In this document: positions 12,101 through 25,012 of the stretch, one piece after another
Layout: each line of letters begins with the position of its first letter
Numbering within the stretch: position 1 is the first letter of the stretch
Assembly: GCA_004764695.1 (NCBI GenBank)
Contig: SMSO01000037.1
Span: 1,774,747-1,838,746, forward strand
Direction of reading: 5' to 3'
Source: Schizochytrium sp. TIO01
Taxonomy: Eukaryota; Protista; Bigyra: Labyrinthulomycetes
Length of the DNA: 64,000 bases
Translations under genes and position numbers: made by a program
The notes under the pieces: model-generated
The model's input: the letters and a program-made list of their open reading frames with translations, nothing else
Told to the model about the DNA's origin: nothing
The model's database searches: none

Positions 12101-15100
12101 ATCCAGGCTGTCTGAGTCTTCTAATTCTAACATGACTCAGTTTATCGTGGAATTCATTTCCAGAGACAGCACGTCGCTAACGCTTGAAGCCAAAGCTTAT
12201 CAGGCCTTCTTCAAGCCTCTTGCCTTCGTCTCGTAGCCAACCTCTGGCTGACCAGACTCTTCTTACGGCAACCAAACTGCTTGTCTTGGATGAGAGATGA
12301 AAATAAGGTTATCAATTACATGAAACGAGCTAGGAAATCCATTTTCAAACAAAGAGCTTACGTTGGTAGCACCGAACTGCAGTTTAAGCAAATTCGGTTC
12401 ACAGAGTCAAAGGAGTAATCTCAACTCATGCCGTGTCTACGGAGTAAACAGGGTTATCACTCTCGGAAAGCAATTAGCCTACACAGGCACGGGGGTACTT
12501 ATTCAAATTCCTAGTGTTCTTGCTGCGAACTGAAAAACCATTCAAGCGAGACCTATCACTACGGTACAAGGACAATCACCAGCTGCAATGGACTTGAACA
12601 TGTGTACCTACAACATTTCATAGTCGTGATTGTATTCGCGATAGATTGACACGGATATACGTCAGAAACCAAACAATTGGACAGAAGTTGTCAGAAAAAT
12701 TAGATTTTACAATGTATCAGAACATGGTTCGGCATAGCAGAAGATTGAAAAATAGTCGTTCATGTTGAAGACCACAGCTTGATTACTGATAGCACGACTT
12801 CGACCAAGGTCAAGAAACTAGAAGTCTATCTGATATAGACGGATCAAACGAAACGTTGACTCAGAGTGGATTAGGTGCATTGCAATAAACTTGACGCTCC
12901 TATGAAGTCGTTTGATCAGTTTAAACTGGGAGCATGAAATGTGTTGTACAAGTTTTCACATTAATTGGGACACTATTTCGGGTCCATAAGAAGCACATGT
13001 TTTGTCAATAGGCGTATGTATAGGAGATAAATATGAAAGTAGAAGCACATTCCCAGGCATATTCTTAAGGAAGAGATGCTCTCATAGTAATTGCTGTTGC
13101 TTAGTTTATATGAGTTTGTTAGTATAATAGTGCTAGGTATGAAGTGATTTGAATAATCATTACCTTCGTTTACATAGTATCGAGTTGAGCTCCTCAACGT
13201 TGGAATAGAGCATGCAACCTGTACCTTGCTTGTGAGTTTGGTGGCACAAATTTGTAACTCTAAATTCTAGACCAGATGACAACTATCAAATAATAAGGCA
13301 AATCCACGTGAGAAGATCTTAAAAATACGCCCTCTACTGCGTGGGAGGATCTCTTTTAGTCCGGCGCCAGTCCATAATAATTTGTGCTTACTTCCTTAAC
13401 TGCAGTTCTAAACATTGCATTACTACCTAATATATAAATGGCCATTAGTGATAGCCGAAATGGCCATGTACAGCACAAAAATGCCTCGCAAATCCTTGCG
13501 TATAGCCGTTTGTGCGTTGTGAAACTTGATGAAACAAGTAAGCTAAAACTTTTTTCAGAAAATAGAAAAGAAAAGGAGAAAGTTAGTAAATGTAAGTAGG
13601 TACCCCTACGATCCAGTACTACCAGAGTGTATCAGCAGCATAGTTTCCCCAGAATTAAAAAAGAAAGTTAAAACATCGTGGCTTCTCATCAACCCATAGT
13701 GAAGTTCCGTCAAGAACCATAAAGAGCCGTGAACTATTTGTAAAAAGGAAGGTTGTTGCTACCTACTCAGGTTCTCAATACTACCAAGGTCACCATTGTA
13801 GCCTTTAGTACTTCTGGGATGAGTCTAACCCTACCACACTACTACTTTTATATTTTAATTCGTTCTATGAGCTCCTACTATTGCCTCTACTTCAACGTTT
13901 TCGTCTTAGTCTTGTGAGACGACAGGGCACAAAAATTGGTCTTATGGTGTGGCTAGCAAGACGGGTAGCTACCCTTAATCCTCTTTAAGACGGTGAGGAA
14001 AACAACTACTTCAAGCAGTGTACTGCTTCGCTCTAAACGTATGGAATCTTTATGAATATGATAGCAGCAATACTTCTAGTGTACCTTCTATAGTTTCAAG
14101 CATCCAGAGTAGTGGTTGGGTTTTGCTGGAACTATGAATACATAGATAATTCTTTCTTTCACTCTTAGTAGATGCGGAGTTCTCACCTCGAGCGCAGATT
14201 TGTACAATGCCATGGTAGTATCCTTCTTCATCTCTTTTACAAATAAACCAAAAAATTAAAAATGAAAGTACTTTGTTCATAAAACCATGGGTACCAGGGT
14301 AGTATCATTTCAAGTTTTGCACTGTCCAGTAGGTCCACGCGCTAAGTAGTTTAATAACTCATGTACTAAGTGCAGTAACTTTCTTTGAGATTGGATCGTA
14401 GGTAGGACCTCCCATGAGGCTAAAATTTGTGCAAAGCTGATTCTGATTATATACGCTCGAAGAATATATTCTGTGTCTATGTTAACGAAGACTGTGTTCA
14501 CGATCTCGAGTCAAACCCACCGAGCAAAACCTTGCAAGCAGAACCGAATCCCCCGGAGCGAGCACTTTAGCGAATTGAGTGATTAAGCACATTTGCAAAT
14601 TTGCGAGCAAGCAAGTAGATCTACGTTTGGGTTTCGCACTCACTTTAGTGAGTACGCGAGCAAACGGCAATAGGTACGTTCAACGAGCCTGGCCCCTTCG
14701 TATTAGGTAGGCCCTGCAAAATATCACCGCGCATCATTGTTCTTGCAGCATCTAGGTTCATCGACTTGGTTGGACCATTCCTAGATTCGTGATGGTAGGG
14801 AGAAGCTGGAAAGATGTAATTTCCAAGTGCGAGAGAGTTTCGTGCGGTCGTATGGCGAATAACCAGCACCGCAACTGCTCCTTTGGAGGGTTCCTCAATC
14901 CATCGAGTTTGGAGATTCATTCCGTAGTCCCAAACGCCTTGTAGATACAGAGCAGACTCAGGCTCTCATGCTTTTCATGCCTTCACCTCGAGTTCTTCTT
15001 CAAGCAAGGTTTCTCTCGAGCGATTATCAAAAAGAGACCCATGGCTTCAAGACCTATGCAGAGTTTCTACTTCTATTCGTGTCTCTGCACTGCCTTTCAT

Positions 15101-15984
15101 AAGTTCCTGCCGCTTTTCTTCATTTTGTCACTTCCTGCTGCTGCTGCTGCTGCCTTCACCATCACGGCTAGTTTACCTACCTACGTAGGAAGGTATCTTT
15201 ATCTAGAAGTTTATCAGCAGCCCACGTGGCAACACCATGATGAAGACCAAGCTTGCCTTCAAGGCGGCCCGATCTTGGTTCGAGGATGAGACAGACCTCA
15301 CTCGATCGAGAACGGCATAGAGAGGCCCAAACCTGCGGATGGTTCTGTGGACACGACACATTCAACTCAATTTAGTTGCATTCAACTCAACTTCGTTCAA
15401 TGTGAAGATAACCGCAGGCAAACCGAAGAAGAGGAACCACTCTGAAGAATGGAAGAGCGTGCGAAGTCTGTCTCTGACTCTGTTTGTTCGTGTGTGCGTG
15501 CGTGAGTGAGTGAGTGTACTATGAGTGTGTGTTTTCTCTCTCGTCTTTTCTTCACCTTTGCTTTCCTTTCCGTTCCTTTTCTTTTCTTCTGCTGGCCATC
15601 GCCGCCTTAGGCCTCTTTTAACATAAAGGGGCCTATTTGTGGGCACATGGAAAGGCCACAGAAGTGAGAGCCGTGAGAATATTGGAGACCTTGCTTTCGC
15701 CTCCTTGAAAACAAACAGCAATGAAAGAGGCCGTTTCTTTCTGCTTCGCGTGCTGAGGAGGACCGCAGACAGGCCGCAGCCATGCGAAGGGCCGACCATC
15801 TGTGCTCTTCAGCGGCCACCGCAGTGAGAGAGCACAAGCACGGAGCGAGTTGTTTTCCTCTGCTTTCTTTTCTGTGATCTCTGACTTGGAAGAGAGGAGT
15901 GAAAAGAAAAGGAGAGAAAAGGAGAGAAAAAGGAAAAGTGAAAAACCTTTCTGTCCATAGCCTTTTCTTTTCTTTCCTTTTCCG

Positions 15985-16086
15985 CATACCTAAAAAGAAA
16001 AGGAGAGAAAAGAAAAGAAAAGAAACTCGAAGGAAAGAAAACTTGAAAATAGAGAAAAAAAGAAAAGAAAAGAAAAGAAAAGAAAG

Positions 16087-16119
<33 letters not shown>

Positions 16120-16120
16120 G
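15985..16120. repeat. (GAAAA)n polypurine tract
   Basis: Read directly. Confidence 0.9.
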
Positions 16121-16721
16121 GCCATGAAAACTGCATCGCACACCTGCATCCATCTCTAAATCACATCACACCAAACCAAACCAAATCAAACCAAATCAAT
16201 CCCAATCAAATCGATTGAGCTCCACTCCGTTCCACTCAACTCAACTCAACTCAACTCCACTCTCCTCTCATCAACCCATCAATCAGTCAATCAGTCCATC
16301 ATCAGTCAATGGGACCTCCTTCGAATTACAACCTTCTTCTTTCGCGCCACCAGTGCAGGTAGGCTGCCTCCTACCGTTACGCCTAGCCAGACCCTTAGCC
16401 CGGCGCCTCTGCTTGTTTTCACTACTTCGTTAGTTTGCCTTCTTATCATCAACAGAGAAAGAGAAAGAGGCCAAAAACAATTAGCGCGAAGCAGAGAGAG
16501 CAGAGCAGGTTTTCAGGAGCGTGAAGTTGTTGGTTTCAAGGCGGCGCTCTGCCCTCCTTCTCAGCCCTGCCCAGGCACCTCCTCAGCGGCACAAAGAGCT
16601 CTTCGCCTGCCTGTCTCTCGCAGACTCGCAGGCAGACGCGGACTTCTTTCTGCCCCGTCGCTCTCTTCCTAGCGTTGGTTATAAACGCAATGCATTGATT
16701 GCAATGCAATGCGATGTTTTA

Positions 16722-16852
16722 TAATGCAATGTAATGCAATGCAATGCAATGCAATGCAATGCAATGCAATGCAATGCAATGCAATGCAATGCAATGCAAT
16801 GCAATGTAAAGCAATGCAATGTAAAGCAATGCAATGTAAAGCAATGTAATGC
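16722..16852. repeat. (AATGC)n pentanucleotide array
   Basis: Long perfect run followed by variant 15-bp units (GCAATGCAATGTAAA). A shorter copy lies at about 35663-35690. Confidence 0.95.
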
Positions 16853-18909
16853 GAGGAAAGAATGAATCTATGAAAGAGTGACTGAGTGAATTCAGGAATG
16901 AACTTGCAGGAATCAATCATTCAATCAATACGCCTCAATGAGCGCCATCTTATGCTCCTTCGGCGTGAAGTCGCCGTGGCGGGTGGCTCCCGAGCAGGTC
17001 CCTGCGATGGACTGGAGATGCTACATTATAGTAGTGATGACGAGTGAGAGATCGAATGAACGAATGAAAGAAAAAGTGATTGAAAGAAAGAAAGAAAGAA
17101 AGAAACCTCACTTTCTGTTTGATGACTTTCATTCATTCTTTGATTCTTTCATTTGAAAAAAACGGGAAAAAAGAAAAAGAAAAAAAATGCGACGGAGGAG
17201 TCCTAGCACGCGACTATGTAATAGTGTAGCACTCGGGGGGTGCGCCGGGCGCAGGAAAACTCCACGCGCGTGAAGCAAACTCTGGCGGAGGCCTAAACTG
17301 AGATGCTGCGGCGTTGTTGCATTGGTCATCGATTGATTGATGGATTGATGGATTGATGGATTGATTGATTGGGTGATCTCGAGGAATCTAGAGAGGCCGG
17401 TGACGGCGGCGCTTTCTTTGCGAGGACTTTCGAAGAGTGCACAAATGGATGAAACAATGAGTGAGTGAATGAGTGAAGAATGTAAATAAATGACTGACGA
17501 AGAGTGAATGAATTGTTTCTTGCTTTGGGTTATTTGCTTCGCTGTTATCTTCTTCTTCTGTGGCGATGGCTTTGCTTGTCGTACGTGTGTTGCGGCCAAT
17601 GTGCTGCGCTGTAATGTCTGTCTGAAATTTGCGACAACGACAGCAGCGGCGGCTGCGGCGGCTTCTTCAGCGACTGTTGGGGAGCTCAGGCCAAGGCTGA
17701 AGCGGCTTTTGCACTTCGCTTCGAGGTGCCTTCGCTCGCTTCGTTGGCTTTGCTTGTCTGCACGAGTGGTGCTCTTCATTCATTCGCTTCTTAGTTCGTT
17801 TGCAGTGCTTTCCTTCGCATTGACTTTCGTTCTGTTTGTTGTAGTAGTGCGCCGATTGGATAACTGCGCAAAACCGTCTCGAGGCTCGAGCAGTTCCGCA
17901 ACAGGCCAACGAGAGCGACCATCTAGCGCTACAGCAAGCAGAGTTCACAGCACCTGGAGATAGGTAGCTCCCGACCCGTGCCAGCCCAGCAAGACCTGGC
18001 ACCAGCAGGCCCCCGCGGTGTTGCGAGCACAAGGGCCCAGCAGAGTGGTGGCGCAGCATCGTTCACCAGAGCATCCCTCCCGTCGAGAGATCCCCTTCGC
18101 GTGTCCACGTCCGACCGGCAGACCTCAGACCAGAGGAACCGGCGAACTGGCAAGCAGACAAGCAAGCAGGCAAGCAAGCAAGCACGCCAGCAAGTTCGTC
18201 TACGGCAAGCTCTCGTACAGACCGCCGAGAGCAGGTGATTCTCGCCAAGAACCCGATCCTCGCCGCCTTCGAGCTGCAGAGAATCGCATTCTCTGAGTTC
18301 CTTCTTTCTTTCTTTCTTTTTACTGTAGAAAGAAAAGAAAAAAGAAAAAAGAGAAAGAGAAAGAGAAAGAGAGAAAGAGAAAGAAGTCTCTTGAAAAGGT
18401 TTGCTTTCGCCAAGCCTAAGGACAAATTGCAGGAGTCTTGACTCGTGTTCTCCTAATACCCCGCTTCGTACCGTTGGTTCAGTGTCTAGGTCCGCTCTCA
18501 GAGGCGTATTTGTGGAGTTTTTGACTTCAGATTCTTCCTGTCGATTGACTGGCAGAGAGAGAGGGAAAAGGGAAAAAGAAAAGTAAAAGGAAAGAAAACT
18601 TGAAGGAAAGAAAAGAAAAGCAACTTTTGTTTTTTTACTTTTTCCTTTTCCTTTTCCTTTTCTCACTTCTTTTCTTTTCACTCTTGTTCATCTTCTGATT
18701 CTGTGCGTGGCCATTTCATTTTCACCAGTGGCCTGCTGGAGTGAGTGATTGCAGATCGATCGATCGGCTGATCAATCAATCATCATTCGATCGTTTCATT
18801 CTTCGCCTCGAGTGCTTCCTTCGAGTTAGCCTGTTCGTCGACGCTTTCTCAACACCGATCGATCACCTAGATCCTTGGCGAGACCAAGTCCACAGCGAGT
18901 AAACTTAAA

Positions 18910-19060
18910 ATAACAAAAACAAAAACAAAAACAACAAAAACAACAAAAACAACAAAAACAACAAAAAGCAAAAGCAAAAGCAAAAGCAAAAGCAAAAGCA
19001 AAAAGCAAATACCCGCGCAAAGAACGAAAGCAAGAAAGCAAAGCAAAGCAAAGCAAAGCC
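18910..19060. repeat. (CAAAAA)/(CAAAAACAA)/(GCAAAA)/(GCAAA) compound repeat
   Basis: Read directly, upstream of GCH1. Confidence 0.9.
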
Positions 19061-19402
19061 AAGCCGACGCCTTCGCACAATCACCCAACCCTCGAGCCAA
19101 ACCAATCGGCAGAGCCCCAACCACCGCTCGCCCTTGGTCCCTTTCGCTTCGCTTTCCGAAAGCTCACCCAATAAGTGAAGGCAGAAGGAAGAAAGAAATT
19201 CTCTTCCAGCCTTAGAAAAGGTCCAAAGAGAGAGAATCGATTGATCGATTGACTATTATTGGTGATAGATTAATTGATTGATTGATTGACTGATTGATTG
19301 ATTTGATCAATAATCAATAGTCTCATCATAATCAATCCACTCACTCACTGATATTGGTGATAGGCAATAAATTGAGTGATAGAAAAGGAGAGCGAAAGCG
19401 CG

Positions 19403-20227
19403 ATGCAGAACAACTTGGAGCACGAGTCCTCTCTTGGCGAGACGGCTTTGGCACGTAAAGAAGAGGAGGCAGCGGGCAGCAGCAACCAGTCGAGTGGCAA
19501 CTGCAGCGACATGGAGCTCAGCGAACGTGAGGGAGGACCCGTCGTGAAGCGGATGCGGTCCAACTCTGGAGGCAGCGTGGTCGCGGCGAACGTGTCGCAG
19601 GACCGTCTCATGGAGCTCTCCGAGTGCCTTCCGGGACGCGTCGGCAAGACTGCTGAGGAGGAAGATGCCCGTGAGAAGCGCATGGTGGCAGCGGTACGCA
19701 CCCTGCTCACGGAAATGGGCGAGGACCCCGAGCGTGAAGGTCTCATGAAGACACCGCTGCGCATGACCAAGGCACTCTTGTACTTTACGCAAGGATACGC
19801 ACAGAACTTGCACGAGCTCGTCAACGAGGCCATCTTTGATGAGAACCATCACGAGATGATCATTGTTAAGGACATTGACCTCTTCTCCATGTGCGAGCAC
19901 CACCTTGTGCCCTTCCACGGCAAGTGCCACATTGGGTACATTCCCAAGTGCCGCATCCTCGGCATCTCTAAACTTGCACGCGTCAGCGAAATGTTCTCGC
20001 GCCGCCTTCAGGTGCAGGAGCGCCTCACCACGCAGATTGCAGAGGCCATTATGGAGATCCTCGACCCTCAGGGAGTTGGCGTCGTCATTGAGGCAGCTCA
20101 CATGTGCATGGTTGGTCGCGGTGTCCAGAAGACTGGTGCAAAGACCGTTACCAGCTCCGTTCGAGGCGTCTTCCAGTCAGACTCCCGCACTCGCCAGGAG
20201 TTCTTTGCCCATCTCCACAACAGGTGA
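19403..20227 (+). CDS. GCH1: GTP cyclohydrolase I
   Basis: Motifs [52 protein letters not shown] and TRQEF. First ATG is 19403; the ORF track uses GTG at 19376. Confidence 0.97.
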   Translation: MQNNLEHESSLGETALARKEEEAAGSSNQSSGNCSDMELSEREGGPVVKRMRSNSGGSVVAANVSQDRLMELSECLPGRVGKTAEEEDAREKRMVAAVRTLLTEMGEDPEREGLMKTPLRMTKALLYFTQGYAQNLHELVNEAIFDENHHEMIIVKDIDLFSMCEHHLVPFHGKCHIGYIPKCRILGISKLARVSEMFSRRLQVQERLTTQIAEAIMEILDPQGVGVVIEAAHMCMVGRGVQKTGAKTVTSSVRGVFQSDSRTRQEFFAHLHNR

Positions 20228-21640
20228 GCAACTCTTGCACTGCGAATCGATCTCCAGCACAGTCGAGCTCTTCTTTTCGAGCATCGTTAGCATCTGCAAC
20301 TTCTTCAACTCAAAGGTCTCGTTTCGGACCTTTTAACATCTTGACAATCAGTCAGTGGTTATCCTTGAACTAGGACCGAGCGCCTCGCGTGGTCAGAACC
20401 ACTGCCTTGACCCTCGGGCCTTTAGATAGAGCCCACTTTGCTTTATAGATAATGACGTTGCTTCAAAGGTTGTGGGGCTTCGATGAATCTTTGAACAGAT
20501 CTCGGCCTGCTGCGACTTGCGACGAACCTTAAACTCAGACACACACAAACGTCCCGCTTTCATCACATTCAGACGCATATCCATCGTACTCGAAGATATT
20601 TTTGCATGGGTTTGTTTCCACGCCACAACCAACAAATTTGCCCTGGCGCTAGCGTACACGGACAAGATGGACTACAGCGCAATCATTCTCACGGCGGTGC
20701 TTCCCATGAAAACATCGCGTGGATCACAACCAAGGTAGTGCGTACGATCCTGTAATTTTTTAAAATTGTTGGTCTCAATTTTTTTTACCACCACCTTTCT
20801 TTTTACTATCTTGCGAATTTTCTCACTTGGTCCAAGGAATTTAGTTTGTTGTCCATTTTCCGGATACTTGGTTCGCATTGATTTTGTCGACCGCCACTAC
20901 AAGTATAATTAATTGATACTAAGCTGGAATAAGATGTACCACGGTTTTACTTGGTCTCACCAGATGTAGTTTGTGTCAGCTCATATTTCATTTTTCTTTT
21001 GCCCCAATCAAACGAATTACCCACAGTGCTGTTTCATTTTCCCCTTCGCACTGATATGAAATAAATACCCTCCTTGGTTCGCTCACTACGTCCCAAACAT
21101 AAAAGGAAAACCTTGTTCGATTCTGTGCTATTTGGGACCACTACCAGGCATTTTGGAAAGAAACGTTGACATTTCTTTGTTTAGTTTTGCTAGTTTCTTG
21201 GCATCATGACCTTTCGAATCTACTACACGGCTTTGGCTCAAATAACGGAAAGGAAACGACAAAGAACCTAAACACTACAAAGTCTCCGTGGCACGCTTCT
21301 CGTACATACATGACTGAGTAGCTCTTCGCTTTTTACTCTTTTTTTTTTTTTTCCTTTGTTCCTTCTCGCAAAATCTACGTCAAATCCTTCTTTGCATGCT
21401 TCTTCTTCCCAATCTGTTATGAAGGAGTGCTGCAGCACGCGTACGAACAAAATCTTGCGTAATGGCAACATCAACACGGGTGTACATTGCAGTGCAGAGT
21501 CGTATATTTCGATTTCGCTTTGATTAATTTTTTCTCAAACTGGATAGTACTTGGGTAGTCACTTTCCTAAGGTAGGTACCCATTTTCGTGAGAACGGTAG
21601 AACAGCCCACCAAAACTCCAACACGAAGGAACGCCACGCC

Positions 21641-22975
21641 ATGGTGCTCGTGACCGTGCCTTCAGACGGAAGCCTGCGTGGTTCACTGCGCTCTCGAAAC
21701 GGCCGCGAATTCCTCGTACATATCACGGCGCCGCAAACGTTGAACTCCGAAGGCCATGACACGGACTTCGACGCAGCAGCATGCACCGACAAGAGGCGTA
21801 AAGTTGCGACAAACGGAGCAGCGAAAGCGCTCAACAAGCTTGGCCCACGACAACTCTTTGGGGACGCAGAACTACTTCAGCTCCTGCGGCCACACAGCGA
21901 TCTTGTTAAACTCAGACTTGAGCAAGCTGGCACCTCTGCAGAAATCCTCGAGAAGGATTTGCTTGAAATCCTTGAGCACGCAATACGTGATTGTGAGCAA
22001 AGCCATTTACTAAATGGAAAAGAACCCTCACCATCAAGAACAGCACAGACCATCGATAGAACAAGCTCGGCGCAATTGCAGTTTTGTAAACGCGTTGTTG
22101 AAGACATTGAAGCCTTAGGATGGGACCAGGTCATGCGCATCTCTGAAGACATGCGCAGCCTTGATCTTTTAGTCAAAGATGAAGCAGGCCGTGAGCATAC
22201 ATTACACGTCAACTTTCCCTCAAATTATCCACAGCAATCCCCCTCACTTTCGGCATCTGTGCCGGAAGCCTTTCAACAAGATGCAACCAGGGATACCTCT
22301 ATGCGAGACTCGCGAAATAACCTTACTCGATCAAATAACGTGCATCTTCCTGGGTTGCGTGGCCTTGTTGCTCAATTTCAAGATAAATTGCGATCCTTTC
22401 AAGGCGCGTGGGCTGAGTTGGATGATTTGGATGCCAACACATGGGTTCTTGATCCTGTCGAACCAAATTATAGTATCATGTATCGTCGCATCGCTTTAGC
22501 CAAGCACTGTTCAATGCAAGTGCGAATTTCAATTGAGGCGCCACGATCAGTTTGTGAGTGTCAGTTCATGGGCTCTGAGGCTGCTTTAGCTCCCTTTCGC
22601 AAGCGCTTCAATCGTAATTTGCGCTCTTGGAATCGGAGCGCAGGCGTGCGTTCGAATTTGCTGCGAGTGCTTGAGATCTCTGAGTTTCCGCAAAAGGACG
22701 CCAAGGAGATTGGTGAGCAGCAGGAATGTGGTGTTTGCTATTGTGTTCGCCTTCCTATTGAAGATCTTGAGGTTGATGCAGAAATTTCAACGCGCAACAA
22801 AAATGAGTCAATACTTCCTGACTGCATTTGTCCCAATCCCAAGTGTTCACGAGGTTTTCACCCAGCTTGCTTACGTGACTGGTTTCAGTCTCTGCCAACT
22901 ACACGCCACACATTTGACACCATGTTTGGCACATGCCCATATTGCTCGGGGCCTATTAGTGTTCTCACTGGCTAA
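21641..22975 (+). CDS. FANCL: E3 ubiquitin ligase FANCL
   Basis: Motifs GWDQV, DEAGREHTL, FPSNYP, LDDLDANTWVLDP and RRIAL. C-terminal RING CGVCY…CPNPKCSRGFHPACLRDWF…FGTCPYCSGPI. First ATG is 21641. Confidence 0.92.
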   Translation: MVLVTVPSDGSLRGSLRSRNGREFLVHITAPQTLNSEGHDTDFDAAACTDKRRKVATNGAAKALNKLGPRQLFGDAELLQLLRPHSDLVKLRLEQAGTSAEILEKDLLEILEHAIRDCEQSHLLNGKEPSPSRTAQTIDRTSSAQLQFCKRVVEDIEALGWDQVMRISEDMRSLDLLVKDEAGREHTLHVNFPSNYPQQSPSLSASVPEAFQQDATRDTSMRDSRNNLTRSNNVHLPGLRGLVAQFQDKLRSFQGAWAELDDLDANTWVLDPVEPNYSIMYRRIALAKHCSMQVRISIEAPRSVCECQFMGSEAALAPFRKRFNRNLRSWNRSAGVRSNLLRVLEISEFPQKDAKEIGEQQECGVCYCVRLPIEDLEVDAEISTRNKNESILPDCICPNPKCSRGFHPACLRDWFQSLPTTRHTFDTMFGTCPYCSGPISVLTG

Positions 22976-25012
22976 GGAGTTGAGCAATATCAATCTGTTG
23001 TTGGCTGTGCCCTAACCATGTAACTTTAATTTCAGAACTAAAATGAGAAAAACGATGAACTGTATGAGATTTGCTTGATATGATTGACCAGTGTGGTATG
23101 AGTCTTGAACTTGTTTATTTATCCTAGAGCTTCTCACTTCTCCTACTCTCCAAATAGACTGGCAGGCAGGCAGGCAGGCAGGCAGACAGACACACAAACA
23201 GACAGACACACACTCAAACAGACACACACACACACACCTTTTCAAGGCGTTTCACTGACAATCTCGAGTTTGATCACAAGTTGATACCAGGTCTCATGCA
23301 AGTAAGTATTCCTAGTAATCTTGAAAAATCGCCTCGCCTGTGACGTCTGAATCATGCTTTTCCTATATGTCAGCGATGCAAAGGCAGGAATGGCCGCCCA
23401 TTCATGCTGACTGTGCCGAGGAAATCAAGTTCAGTCGTCTGAAGTCAGCTCCTTATCATGCTTGCCTGGATGTTTGGTTGCTTGGTAAATTGCATCCCCA
23501 TGTCCAGTGACTCCACAGCTTTGCCTTTCCTTGCCCAAGCCCTTATACCAGAATGCATTCACTTCATCACGAACTCAACTGATCCAGCTGCTTTCTTTTC
23601 ATTGCTGTGATAAGTCAGGTCCTCCACATCGTCTCCCATTGCGAATTCTAGCAGCAGTGATAAGACCATGCATTCATACTTCTGTGAGCCGGTGCCAGGT
23701 CCGTGTTCAGACACTTGGGAACGCTGATAGAAATCACATCGACAGCATATGGTCATCGCAGATGACGTATCGTTGCTGTCGAACGGAGTTCTCTGTTCTC
23801 AAGACCAAGTCTGGTGCTCAGCTGATTGAGGACGATGAAATAACTAGTCATCCACGGCCATCTCTAAAGCCGAGTGAAGCGCACGAAATGGCAACGAATC
23901 GTGGGTTTCTTGGCAGAAACAGCAGCTCCATTCTACCAGGAGCACTAAAATCTGCCAAGTCCGTCAGAAAAACGAGGAACACTCCAGAAATCCCTGTCTC
24001 CGCACAGCCATCGAGGCCAACGCCACTCTAACATTCATAAGATCCGCTCTCCTTGTTCACCAAAACCATTACGTACCTACTCCGTTATCCGCCGCACCGA
24101 AGGCCTCGTTTCAGAAATAGACAACATCATGAAAAAATCACGGCATCCGATTGCAACCTGTAGAGACAAGGTCAACTTGAAGGCTCCGTAGAATTTGGGC
24201 ATCACCAACATGCGTACCATTGTCTACAGTAGCGTGGATGTGCAGGTCCACGCTGGCCGCGATCTTGAGATCTCCTCAACGCGAGACCGTATAACAATTT
24301 GATTGATATCATGACATGGCTCTCTTCTCAACTTATAATTGATGCACTATTGTACTAATGGTGAATAGGTTCTTCGGCACAGAGGTCATTAAACTGATAA
24401 CAAAAAGGAAAGTAAAAAAGAAAAAAAAGAGACAATTTCATTTGTTCAAGTGTGCGCAGAAGACGGCTTGCGCCAGCATCGTGTTGATGGTTTTTATTAT
24501 CATGGGCCTATCTGCGAAGAGCATTTGGTGCACGGTGGACAAAGTAGGACCTTGGACAAACAGCGCTCGAGAGAGAATAAAGTGAAGTTTCAGGGAGTTC
24601 ACGGGAAGGATTTCTAAAAGTAAGCCAACAACAAACTCGTTGAGTTTTTGGAGGAAACTTTTATCGCAGGAAAAGGATATCCATTATGAATTACCTGCTA
24701 TTAATAGGGGTATGATTATAAGAGAAGGCTAAAACAACAAAGAAACTCCGCGAGAAAGAATTCGGAAGTGCTATCAGTGCCTGGTTTCTTCAGAGCAAAG
24801 CCGGAACTGCTCGCCAGCTACTCGCTTCGTTCAAACCGCGTGTTACTTCGCGGCGCGACGGAGACGACAGTGACCGAGGTAGTGCGACTTCTGGCAAAAG
24901 TTTATAGACAGGAGATCCGCTCGTCGGACGCTGATCAGATCAGTCTGGTGAGAATCATCACTGAAGAAGACCTCACTAGTCGTACCGTAGTCCTCGAGAT
25001 CAAAGACTGACC

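Noticed and set aside
15362-19171. Many 100-250-aa ORFs rich in F/S/L/K/R or CIALH repeats
   Set aside because: Translations of microsatellites and polypurine tracts, not protein-like.
19307-20101. 264-aa minus-strand ORF (likewise 30717-31736)
   Set aside because: Antisense shadows of GCH1 and dioxygenase A, with no recognisable motifs.
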